From the IMG/VR virus record IMGVR_UViG_3300043438_001049: DNA of 64,000 nt. The stretch is one strand, 5' to 3'. The translations under genes and the position numbers were made by a program. Source of the stretch: an uncultured virus (IMG/VR IMGVR_UViG_3300043438_001049) (lineage: Duplodnaviria > Heunggongvirae > Uroviricota > Caudoviricetes). Shown here in pieces: positions 19,263 through 28,667 of this stretch. Every line of letters starts with the position of its first letter. Position 1 is the stretch's first letter. A model generated the notes under the pieces. It saw only the letters and a list, made by a program, of their open reading frames with translations. It did no database searches and was not told the DNA's origin.

Positions 19263-19961
19263 GTGCCCCGAAAGGGCACGTGCATTATCATTCAATAACA
19301 AACCATCAAACCTTATAGCCAAAAGACATTACGAACCTCCAAATCTTTCCCCCTCCAGAACATTACGATCCAAACCTTTGTTTCCCCAAACTAGGTGTAT
19401 ACTTTATATATGAGTCCAAGACATTTTGCAAACCTTTATAAGCAAACCTCCCATCGCCATGATAGCCCAAGTGATGGTGATATATTTAATAAAGACTTTG
19501 GTGCTATATGTGGTATGTTGTATAGTGTTGTAACTCTTAAGGCTTTCTTTCCTAAGTCCCCCGCCCCAGCGATGACTGATAATCCTATCACTGACGGCAA
19601 CGGCGGGGATCAAGAAGAACAAAACAAACCCCTATAGAATAACAAACCATTATCTCCTGGTTTCTTTAAATAACATAAAGGTTTGTTAAAAAAAGATTAC
19701 GATATGTGCAAATTTCTCCCTGGTTTCTGGGGATTTTTTATAGGGTTTTAAGGTTTGACAAACCATTATATCTGTGGTACCATCCGCTGCGAGATAGTTT
19801 GTAAGGTTTGGGGTTTTAAGGTTTGAGGTTTGGGGCCCCCAAGACATTACGAACGCATCGTTAAAAGCGCCCCATTCTCCACTATCCTCCACTTCACTCC
19901 ACTTCTAGGGTGTCTAATAAGATAATCAGTAAGATTAATCTGTGGATAAACCTGTGGATAA
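19263..19961. repeat. Repeat-rich cis element (CAAACC/GGTTTG, ATTACGA, CTCCACT repeats) ending in two DnaA boxes
   Basis: CAAACC x8, GGTTTG x5, ATTACGA x4, CTCCACT x3, TGTGGATAA 19941 and 19953. Confidence 0.7.
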
Positions 19962-19963
19962 CT

Positions 19964-20512
19964 TTATGAAATAAAGCCTAGGCTATCTCTAAACCTATAT
20001 GCCTCATCAAGCATTGGATTATTTGGGACTGAAAGGTGAGAGTAATCTGACAAATTATCTGGATTTAAAAACCTTACAAACATCATCCTAATATACTCTC
20101 CTTCTTTAAAATGCTTCAAAACCCTCCAATGAATTTCTTTATTTGCATTAAAGATTAAGGCACAGTTATCCTCTAACTTATAAGTTTCTAGGTTTAACCC
20201 TATATCCCAAACGGTATTAGACTCTAACTGTATACTAACAATCAGGTCATTAGTGTCTCCATCAAAATGAGGATTTAGTTCAGGGTTTCCATATAAAAGG
20301 CTATACTCTACAGACATGGCAGAGCCCATCTCTAAAGGTTTGCCAATCTCCTTTAGTTTCTCAATAGTCTCTGGGAGTAGTAGGCTTTCTAAATCACGAA
20401 CCTGAATCCTGCCTAACTCATTATCAATAATTGTTGGGCTTTCTGATATTATTTTCTTTATATGATCTATTTCTTTTTTTGAAAAAATGTTATTTATTCT
20501 TGTTATTGACAT
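19964..20512 (-). CDS. 2OG-Fe(II) oxygenase-like protein
   Basis: PHFD (HxD)...IHWR. Confidence 0.65.
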   Translation of the reverse strand: MSITRINNIFSKKEIDHIKKIISESPTIIDNELGRIQVRDLESLLLPETIEKLKEIGKPLEMGSAMSVEYSLLYGNPELNPHFDGDTNDLIVSIQLESNTVWDIGLNLETYKLEDNCALIFNANKEIHWRVLKHFKEGEYIRMMFVRFLNPDNLSDYSHLSVPNNPMLDEAYRFRDSLGFIS

Positions 20513-20565
20513 ACAAATATTGTACCATAATTGACCTGTGGATAACTCTATGATATGATAGATAT

Positions 20566-20754
20566 ATGTTAGATATCAGAGGCATCCCAACACCTGCATG
20601 TCCTTGTTGTGGCTCTACACTCTTGAGGGTTACTGTAGAGTTTGATCCACAAACTTATGAGATTCAGATGTATCTTTTGGATGATGCCCAATGTGTAGAA
20701 TGTAAGTGTCTTATCACTGCTCCTACTCCATTAGACCATCCAGACTATGTATAA
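20566..20754 (+). CDS. Small Zn-finger protein
   Basis: CPCCG...CVEC; leaderless promoter. Confidence 0.6.
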   Translation: MLDIRGIPTPACPCCGSTLLRVTVEFDPQTYEIQMYLLDDAQCVECKCLITAPTPLDHPDYV

Positions 20755-20786
20755 CTCTGTTAACCATAATGTGATAAAATAGACCA

Positions 20787-20939
20787 ATGGACAGATTCGA
20801 ATCATCATATAACAAATTCTCTTTAGGCTATACAAACCCTATGATCAATGTCCTATGCTATGAATGTGGTGGTATGTATCAAACCCAGTATGGTAGAGAA
20901 GATGTTACAAAACAATGTCAAAAATGCGACGGTAAATAA
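20787..20939 (+). CDS. Zn-ribbon microprotein MDRFESSY family copy 1
   Basis: 50 aa, CYEC...CQKC; leaderless promoter. Confidence 0.55.
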   Translation: MDRFESSYNKFSLGYTNPMINVLCYECGGMYQTQYGREDVTKQCQKCDGK

Positions 20940-20984
20940 AGATTACGATACACCAGATACTTCCCCCTATGGTATGATATATAC

Positions 20985-21584
20985 ATGGATAAAATTATAG
21001 AAGCCTCCAACAACAAGACATATGCCCTATTTAGGGGGCTATGCAAAGATGTGCCTAACTGGTCAGATTTCATAGAAAACTTTGATTATAACTACAATAG
21101 AGACAAAGACAAAAATAAAAATAATCCAGACCGTAGATACCTTACAGACCACATTATGGTTTATAATAAGTTTGACCCCATCATCTTTAATGCTATAGAA
21201 GACAAAACCACTAGACTATTTGATAAGTCATTAGAGGCACAAAGCCTTATAAAAGGTTTGACAAAAAATAAAATCAGTTCAATTAAAAGTATTATTAACT
21301 TCCTAGGCAATGAGCAGGAATACTGGATCCATAGTGATGACCACGCTGTTATCTCCTGGCACTGTGTTGGTACCATTGAGTGGAGATTCTATAAAAATGT
21401 TAAAGAAGAGGATATGGAGAAAATAAGCATTGAAGGTGCCGAGTATGACTCCGTAGTCCTTGAACCAGGAGATGTGGTATATGTGCCTGCTGGGGTGGTA
21501 CATCAGGTTATTAATAACAAACCTAGAGCATCTTTAGTATTTCAATATTTTCCAGATTCTGACGCTATAGGGAATACTTACTAG
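20985..21584 (+). CDS. JmjC/cupin-like protein
   Basis: HSD...LEPGDVVYVPAGVVHQV. Confidence 0.8.
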   Translation: MDKIIEASNNKTYALFRGLCKDVPNWSDFIENFDYNYNRDKDKNKNNPDRRYLTDHIMVYNKFDPIIFNAIEDKTTRLFDKSLEAQSLIKGLTKNKISSIKSIINFLGNEQEYWIHSDDHAVISWHCVGTIEWRFYKNVKEEDMEKISIEGAEYDSVVLEPGDVVYVPAGVVHQVINNKPRASLVFQYFPDSDAIGNTY

Positions 21585-21640
21585 TATAGGGATTACGATC
21601 CTTTCTTGACATCCCCCGCAATTTCTGATACAATCAATAT

Positions 21641-21925
21641 ATGAACCAATTTATGCAAGACTATGCCTCATGGGTCCTCGCTGTCATTGGGGTTGCAGGT
21701 ATATATTTTGTTGGCCGTAAGAGTTTCTTCGGCTGGTATATTCTTCTATTCAATGAGACCCTATGGATGATATACGCTATTACTACTGAGCAATATGGTT
21801 TTATCTTCTCTGCTCTTGCATATGCAGCAGTATATATTCAATCACATAGGCACTGGAAGGCTTTAGACAAAGAACAGTTGTCTTGGAGGAGTTTTACCAA
21901 GTTAGTTTGGGACCGTAATGATTAA
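21641..21925 (+). CDS. Small membrane protein (PnuC-like)
   Basis: Three hydrophobic helices; GW...W..YA. Confidence 0.45.
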   Translation: MNQFMQDYASWVLAVIGVAGIYFVGRKSFFGWYILLFNETLWMIYAITTEQYGFIFSALAYAAVYIQSHRHWKALDKEQLSWRSFTKLVWDRND

Positions 21926-22124
21926 CATGGAGATACCTGATCCATTCCAAACCTTTGTAGCCAAGAAATATGCTAACGCTAAGGGCTATGTGCATGACTT
22001 CTTTACTGGAGAATGGTCTTATAGGTGTAGTACTTGTAAGGATGATATTTCTGGTCCGTCCCGCAAAATATTGACCAAGATTAGACTATACCACAGCAGG
22101 AATGAGTGTTTAAATGGTTGGTAA
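21918..22124 (+). CDS. Small Zn-finger protein
   Basis: CSTC...H...C. Confidence 0.5.
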   Translation: MINMEIPDPFQTFVAKKYANAKGYVHDFFTGEWSYRCSTCKDDISGPSRKILTKIRLYHSRNECLNGW

Positions 22125-22539
22125 ATGCGATCACACCTGGTATATGCGTGAGCCAGGGATACAGTGTACAAAATGTTTAGTTATATGGGAGAGTGATGAG
22201 GATATTAATCTGTCCGATTTGTAAGAAGGAATGGGATCTAAGATGGGGTATCTTTGCTCATGATTCCCTTGCTCGGCATATGAAGGCTACTCACCAATAG
22301 TGCCCGTGTAGGGCATAGAGAGGTTTACTACCTCTATTTTCGCCGAACTTTAAAGACTTGACAATTTTTTCGCCGAATGGTATGATGTATATATGACATG
22401 TACAAAGTATGGGTGCGACTACCAATTAGACCTTGATGGCCAGGTAACCTGTGCTGTCTGTGGGGCTATGGATGATGATAGACAGCCTGTGGATATCTTT
22501 GAAACACAAACAGACTTTGAGTAATGATATAATAGATCA

Positions 22540-22686
22540 ATGGACAGGTTTGAGTCATCATATAGTAAGTTTGCTAAGTGGGAGCCATATAAAATAGCCT
22601 GTAGCAAATGTGATCAATTATATATCAAACAAGATGACGAGCCTTTTGTATGTCTTACTTGTGCTGCTAATAAAAGATTACGATGA
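22540..22686 (+). CDS. Zn-ribbon microprotein MDRFESSY family copy 2
   Basis: 48 aa, CSKC...CLTC; leaderless promoter. Confidence 0.55.
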   Translation: MDRFESSYSKFAKWEPYKIACSKCDQLYIKQDDEPFVCLTCAANKRLR

Positions 22687-22992
22687 ATCTTTTGCTGCCT
22701 TATTAACCATACGGATCAAACCCCTACGAGTTATCTTGGATGCATCAAAGGTCTCTGTATAACCTCCTTGTGGCATATCTGCCTTATCCAGGAAAGAACC
22801 ATGCTTTGCCCTTAGTGTTCTTAGTACTAGGGTTTCTACTGTTCTTGCTTTATCCCGTTCGGAAAACCACCAATACTTAATCAATATCCAACCCTTGGTC
22901 CTATGGCTTGCAAACCTTCTTCCGCTTACATCTGATATACCTATCTTGATAGCCTTATGTCGTGGGCTATAGAGTATATAGAGTAGGGTCAT
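22678..22992 (-). CDS. GIY-YIG/T5orf172-like nuclease domain protein
   Basis: LYILY...IKIGIS..RF..H...E......GYTETF. Confidence 0.7.
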   Translation of the reverse strand: MTLLYILYSPRHKAIKIGISDVSGRRFASHRTKGWILIKYWWFSERDKARTVETLVLRTLRAKHGSFLDKADMPQGGYTETFDASKITRRGLIRMVNKAAKDSS

Positions 22993-23047
22993 AGGTCTAT
23001 TATACTTGATATGCCGTGGATAATTCTAGATATGTTATACTTAGTAT

Positions 23048-23764
23048 ATGAACAATTTTAAGTGTGCTTCTTGCGATACGATTCACTTTGACCTAGGAGA
23101 AAAAATAAATGTTATGAATCTAAAAGATAATCCGAATATGCTAGATCATTTAGATTTGCCTTTTCCTATTATAAAACAATCAATTAAAGGTAATGCAAAA
23201 ATAATTGAATACAAAGATGTTTATAGATTATATATTGGAGAAAAACAATGGATGGCTTTAGACATGAACAATAAAAATGAAGTTAATGAACTTTATTCTT
23301 CATATGATTTAAGTTATGGAGATGTCTTATTGTCTGGTTTAGGTTTTGGAGTATTGGCTCAATGGATAGCCTCTAAACCAGAAGTTAAATCTGTTACAGT
23401 AATTGAATTTAGTCAAGATGTTGTAGATATATTTTTAGAAAACAACAAATTACATGAAAAAATTAAATTAGTTGTTCAAGATATAGGACTATACAAAGAT
23501 ACAAAGACTTATGATTGGGCAATTTTTGATCATTATGAAGGTGAAACACAGCCAACCAAGCAGGAAATAGAGAAAATCTGTAATAATATAAAATTTAATA
23601 ATTTATGGTTTTGGTCATTAGAATATCGGTTAATTGAAAGATATAATTCTTGGTCAAAATTTAGAAATGATTATAGTTTAAAAATACCAGATCTAAGTCT
23701 CAAGCAGATAAACAAGTATATTATGGATTTATACAGTCCACAAAATTTTATTTTAGAAGAATAA
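23048..23764 (+). CDS. SAM-dependent methyltransferase / spermidine-synthase-like protein
   Basis: VLLSGLGFG...VTVIEFSQDV...YDWAIFD. Confidence 0.75.
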   Translation: MNNFKCASCDTIHFDLGEKINVMNLKDNPNMLDHLDLPFPIIKQSIKGNAKIIEYKDVYRLYIGEKQWMALDMNNKNEVNELYSSYDLSYGDVLLSGLGFGVLAQWIASKPEVKSVTVIEFSQDVVDIFLENNKLHEKIKLVVQDIGLYKDTKTYDWAIFDHYEGETQPTKQEIEKICNNIKFNNLWFWSLEYRLIERYNSWSKFRNDYSLKIPDLSLKQINKYIMDLYSPQNFILEE

Positions 23765-23959
23765 AAACAACTTATACCTGACTTGACACTTCAAGCCTAC
23801 TTGGATAATTCTGGATATGATATAATTATTATATGAACAATGCTAAATGTTTTTTTTGCGATAAAGACGCAACTCATTACGATGTGGTAGTAGATCACGC
23901 CGAATATATAGTTGCAGATGTCTGCTTAAATCATTTGTCTATGGGTCTTATTTCATAAT

Positions 23960-24181
23960 ATGAACAGAAGAATCCTTAAAGATGAATCAGAAGTAATTTC
24001 ATTTGAGACTCCAGTTGATTTAATTATACATACAAAAGCACCTGGAAAATGGAAACTAATTGATTTAGAAACAGGAGAAGAATACCTTGGATCTGAAGTA
24101 GAAACTGGCTTTGCAGAAATGTTAAGGGAAAAAGTTAAAAAAGGAAAGATAGGAACTTGGATAAAAACTCATGGCAAATAA
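23960..24181 (+). CDS. Hypothetical protein
   Basis: HTKAPGKWKLIDLETGEEY motif. Confidence 0.55.
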   Translation: MNRRILKDESEVISFETPVDLIIHTKAPGKWKLIDLETGEEYLGSEVETGFAEMLREKVKKGKIGTWIKTHGK

Positions 24182-24214
24182 AAAATATAATAACTATTTT
24201 GGAAGATACTAAAT

Positions 24215-24370
24215 ATGAAAGCAAATATAGAGTCATGTGACTTAAAAAAACATTTATTTGAAAATGGTGGACTGACCCTTATTTGTTCAAAATGTTCAAA
24301 AACATTTGAAGAGTATCAGGAAGACTTAGAAGTTTTTATTAAAGACTATAGAAATAACAAGAAGTCTTAG
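24215..24370 (+). CDS. C-x4-H...CxxC microprotein (copy 1, convergent with Gpx-like gene)
   Basis: 51 aa read from sequence. Confidence 0.5.
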   Translation: MKANIESCDLKKHLFENGGLTLICSKCSKTFEEYQEDLEVFIKDYRNNKKS

Positions 24371-25053
24371 AGAACTATTGCATATGGCGCTAATGTTCCA
24401 GCAGGGTGTGTGTAATAAGTTATATCTTTATCTTCTAATAATTCTTCAATTGCATTTGATATATTCTTAAAGTCTTCTCCTGAACTTGTTTCTTTAAAGC
24501 CATTTTTTGTAGCAGCATCCATCAAAGTAGAATTAGCATATCTTATAATAACCTTGCCATTTTTATTAACAAGGAATTTTTCAAAATTTCCAAACATTGG
24601 CAGACTTTTTGCAAGGTTTTGGTAAATTGGATGTACATCTTCTCCCTCTAACAGTTTTCTTGGAAAGGATTCTGTTCTACCTGGATATAATTTTTTTAAT
24701 GCTTGATTTGAGATTGATGTACCAACCATAGATGTAACTAGTTCAGAAAACCCATAGGTTACATTGTATAGTTCTTTTGCATAATCTCTTGCCTCTTCTG
24801 GACCATCAATCCCACATTCATACTGGTCATAAGTAATTCCTGGACCACAATAGTCGTTGGTTGGTATGGCAACTACTTCAAATCCTTGATCTTTGTATTT
24901 TTGATATAGCATTTCTATGATGCCGTATTGAGGGGCATTGCCACAATCTGCAGTAACATTAATAAACATTGTTACCTTGCCTTTATAGGAATTTAGCATA
25001 TTTTCTTGCCCATCCCACGATTTTAGTGGAATATCATAAATAGATGTTGTCAT
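24367..25053 (-). CDS. Glutathione peroxidase-family protein
   Basis: YKGKVTMFINVTADCG, PTNDY, NFEKFLV; SD AGGAGG before ATG 25053. Confidence 0.85.
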   Translation of the reverse strand: MTTSIYDIPLKSWDGQENMLNSYKGKVTMFINVTADCGNAPQYGIIEMLYQKYKDQGFEVVAIPTNDYCGPGITYDQYECGIDGPEEARDYAKELYNVTYGFSELVTSMVGTSISNQALKKLYPGRTESFPRKLLEGEDVHPIYQNLAKSLPMFGNFEKFLVNKNGKVIIRYANSTLMDAATKNGFKETSSGEDFKNISNAIEELLEDKDITYYTHPAGTLAPYAIVL

Positions 25054-25768
25054 ATGAGTCCTCCTAAGAATTATAGGTTTATTATACACCTTTTATATTA
25101 AATCAGCCCTACTTTCTATGCCTGACTTGACACCTCAAGACTTGTACTGTATAATAAATATATAAAGTAAAACTATTGGAGGAATTATGATACACGCACT
25201 ATTTCTTATACCAGCGCTTATTACAGGGTATATTGCTTGTTATATTGTAATGACATATAAAGTAGAGCAATAGTATGAGCGTAGATGAAATGGCATTACG
25301 AGAAGAGATTGCAAGGTCTATTGAATCAATTATGATTCAAGATTCTGTTACCAACGCTCTTGGTATGCGTATGCTTGCTGCAAAGGTAGCAAGAGGAGAA
25401 GATAACTATATGACAAATATGTTTGAAAACCAAGTTGATCTTGAGTAAAGAACCTAAGATTGCTCAAATGGATTGGCGTTCCCTAGGCTACTGGCCTATA
25501 TGGAAAGATGGAAAGAAAGTATGGGTACCTAGAGATGCTGAAGCATTCAACAAAGATACAGAGAACTAAGATATGGCCACTAAGGATTATAGGTAATTTC
25601 CTTGGTGGTTATGCTAGTAATCATTTAGTCAAGTCTCTTGATCTAGATGAAGATAATAATTTGGGATTACGCTTTAAGTACCATGCAAAAATGTGGAAGT
25701 ATCTTAATAAACCTTATGAGCGGTGGGGAACTTACTACAGCCTAGACTTAGATGCGTGGAAAAAAGAT

Positions 25769-26341
25769 TTAAATAACTAAATTCTTTGGAACCTTTATTT
25801 TTTCATATATTCCATTTGAATAAGAATATCGAACTCCCGATGTAACTTTAAGGACTTCGTGAGTGCAATGATCTTCTGCGCTATGAATAACTAAATCACC
25901 TGGCTCTGGTTTATAAGTAATTGACTGGTTTGGGTATCTAAGTTCTCCACCACCAAAATCGTTTATATAGGCAACAGTACCAAAAATGTTATTATTTTTT
26001 AATATAAACTCTTCCCCTTCTTTTAAAAGCAAACTTTGCTTTCTTATATCTAAAAAGGCACCATTGTCCGCATGTAGACCCCAGGTATCTCCTACACTTA
26101 ATATATTCATGGTGCTAGAATTTGTAATATTATATGGATCTTTTACTATTTGTTTGATTTTATTATATATAATGGTAAGACTTTTAATTTCTTTACTAGT
26201 ATTTTTAGTATCCAACAAGAATTCTTTCTTTAAATTAATTTCATCATTTATGATTAACAAATCTTTATTAGATAAAAAATTTTTACATACATATATGTCT
26301 TCACCAATTTGAGTTAAATTATTTAAATTAAAAGGTATCAT
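25769..26341 (-). CDS. 2OG-Fe(II) prolyl-4-hydroxylase-like oxygenase
   Basis: HAD...GGEL.YP...KPEPGDLVIH...HEV..V.SG.R. Confidence 0.8.
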   Translation of the reverse strand: MIPFNLNNLTQIGEDIYVCKNFLSNKDLLIINDEINLKKEFLLDTKNTSKEIKSLTIIYNKIKQIVKDPYNITNSSTMNILSVGDTWGLHADNGAFLDIRKQSLLLKEGEEFILKNNNIFGTVAYINDFGGGELRYPNQSITYKPEPGDLVIHSAEDHCTHEVLKVTSGVRYSYSNGIYEKIKVPKNLVI

Positions 26342-26416
26342 ATTTACATTATATCATTATTCGCTGTCAAAATTATCAATTTGACACAGACTTTAATTTT
26401 TGATATAATAGATAAT

Positions 26417-26866
26417 ATGAAACCAACAGCACATATATACGATGTAGACGGAACGCTTGCCAATATAGATCCCTATCTGCATCATGTTCGTGGCTCTAAT
26501 AGGGACTACGATGCCTTTCATGAGGCTTCTATAGATGCCCTGCCAAATGTAAATGTTTTAGAAATGTTAAATAATTCTGTTAGTGATGGTCATTCTATCC
26601 TTGTTGTTACTTCACGTAAAGAGAAATATCGTGGACTTACATCTATGTGGCTTGCTAAAAATAATATTAGATCTCATGGTTTATTTATGAGGGCAGATAA
26701 CGATAATAGACCAGACTATGAAGCAAAAAAAGATATACTTGATAAAATAACTTTACTATGGAATGTAACTCATGCTGTAGATGACAATCCAAATGTAATA
26801 AAACTATGGGAAGATCACAACATTGCTACAACCAAAATAGGAACATGGGATGGGCAAAAGTCTTGA
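26417..26866 (+). CDS. HAD-family phosphatase (polynucleotide kinase 3'-phosphatase-like)
   Basis: DVDGTL...TSR...LFMR...RPD..K...DD. Confidence 0.8.
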   Translation: MKPTAHIYDVDGTLANIDPYLHHVRGSNRDYDAFHEASIDALPNVNVLEMLNNSVSDGHSILVVTSRKEKYRGLTSMWLAKNNIRSHGLFMRADNDNRPDYEAKKDILDKITLLWNVTHAVDDNPNVIKLWEDHNIATTKIGTWDGQKS

Positions 26867-27202
26867 TATGTACATTTGAATATGGTATGATTAGTTTATG
26901 ACCAAAAGAGTTAAGAAAATTTATAAATGCGTTGAATGTGAGACTATGATTACTATTGTAACAAAGGTTCACGAACTACCCGAATCAATTATTTGTCCTT
27001 GTGACAAAGTAGCAGAAAGCCAGTGAGTTAATTGAAAAAATCTAATAACAAAGTATCTCAACATAAAATTAATAGAGCAACGAAAAATAAAAAAAGAATA
27101 AAGAATAAGCCCTATCTTTCTAAATTTGAAATACAACAAAATAGAATAAGAGAAGAACTCTTACTCCCTGCTTTATCATTAATGGGTAAAAGTTAAATAA
27201 TC

Positions 27203-27868
27203 ATGACATTTTTAAAAGGTTTTGCCAAAGAATTGTCAGAATCAGAAGTTAGTTTTAAAGAAATACATAGCAATATTTTTATAGTAGAAGATTTTATTCC
27301 TCAAGAAACGATAGATGCCTGTTTTGCTATCATAAATAAAACCACAGAATCAGAGTGGAGTTCTTTTTATTTAGAAAATTTAAAAACTTTCTGTATGGAA
27401 AAATTTAACAGAGATGATGTTGAAAACCTTGTTGCTGAAGGTAAATTTGAAATTACTGAAAACTGGGCCGATAAAAATCTTTATATTCCAGACTCTTTGA
27501 TTGCTAAAACAATTATAAAAAGAATAAATGATCTGATAGAAAAAACAGACCAGTCTCTTGCATTGATTGGTTGCCACACTATTCAAAGAATGTATGATGG
27601 TGTTGAACTATTTTCTCATACAGATGTACATACAGACCCTTCAATTCAGTATGCAGCGATTTTTTACCTTAATGATAATTATGAAGGTGGACAACTTTTC
27701 TTTGAAAACTTAAACATATCTTTAAAGCCAAAGGCTGGATCTCTTGTGCTTTTTCCAGGAACGGAAGAATTTAAACATGGCGTAACAGTTGTAAATCCTG
27801 GACCTACAAGATACGTTCTTGTTGGATTTATAAAAACAAAAGATTTTTACAATAAAAATAAATTTTAA
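27203..27868 (+). CDS. 2OG-Fe(II) prolyl-4-hydroxylase-like oxygenase
   Basis: HTD...YLNDNYEGG...HGV...R. Confidence 0.85.
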   Translation: MTFLKGFAKELSESEVSFKEIHSNIFIVEDFIPQETIDACFAIINKTTESEWSSFYLENLKTFCMEKFNRDDVENLVAEGKFEITENWADKNLYIPDSLIAKTIIKRINDLIEKTDQSLALIGCHTIQRMYDGVELFSHTDVHTDPSIQYAAIFYLNDNYEGGQLFFENLNISLKPKAGSLVLFPGTEEFKHGVTVVNPGPTRYVLVGFIKTKDFYNKNKF

Positions 27869-27876
27869 TTATAAAA

Positions 27877-28593
27877 TTAAGAAATGTAAGGAAGTTTTTC
27901 TCTTTCAACCATTTCGTCTGGTAATATAACCAGTTGATCATTTTTCTTTAGTGGGTCTAGCCAAGTTTCTTCTATACGAGAAGGGTCTGCTGTTTGAAGT
28001 TTATATTCTTCAGTACCATAATTGTTAAAAGTTCCTGGATTTTTAATTGCTTCTAAACAAAAGTTTGAATATGAGTATCTTGATCCAGAAAGGACTGGTT
28101 TAACTCCATGAGCATAATCTTCTAATGCGCCATGAATAACTAAATCCCCTGGCTGAACGGGTACAACTATGTCTTGTTTTGGATAAAAAACTTCTCCTCC
28201 AGTAAACTCCCCAAAGTAAACACAAACTCCAAATTCTAATAGGCAACATGTTGACCATATGTCTGGTAATGTTAGGTTTTCATGATTTCCTTCACCAGGA
28301 CTATCCCAATGAGGTTCCATTCCTGCGCCCTCTTTATAATGAAGCATGCTTAACAATGGGTGAACAACATATTGTGGAGCAAGTAGTTCAGAAACCTTTT
28401 CCCAAACAGGAAAAACTTCTGGGATAGATTCTGTGACACCGTAGTTTACCACTCCAAATGGGTGTTTTGTAGATTTATCTTCTCGCTCTTTTAATACTTT
28501 ATTTACAAAATCAACCTCTTCCTTACTAATAAAATTAGGAATGTAATAGAGTTTCTCGTCTAGCCTTTGAAGGTTTGGATGTGATATAGTCAT
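27877..28593 (-). CDS. 2OG-Fe(II) prolyl-4-hydroxylase-like oxygenase
   Basis: HWD...FTGGEVFYP...HGV..V.SGSR; leaderless start 28593. Confidence 0.8.
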   Translation of the reverse strand: MTISHPNLQRLDEKLYYIPNFISKEEVDFVNKVLKEREDKSTKHPFGVVNYGVTESIPEVFPVWEKVSELLAPQYVVHPLLSMLHYKEGAGMEPHWDSPGEGNHENLTLPDIWSTCCLLEFGVCVYFGEFTGGEVFYPKQDIVVPVQPGDLVIHGALEDYAHGVKPVLSGSRYSYSNFCLEAIKNPGTFNNYGTEEYKLQTADPSRIEETWLDPLKKNDQLVILPDEMVEREKLPYIS

Positions 28594-28667
28594 GACTTTA
28601 TTATAGCACAATTTTTAGACTATACTTCAATATATTCCCGATTTTAGGCCTATGGTATAATTGTAAT

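Noticed and set aside
19395..19892. ORFs of 68-80 aa within the repeat element
   Set aside because: Overlapping on both strands, no recognisable motifs, dominated by DNA repeats; a short real gene cannot be excluded
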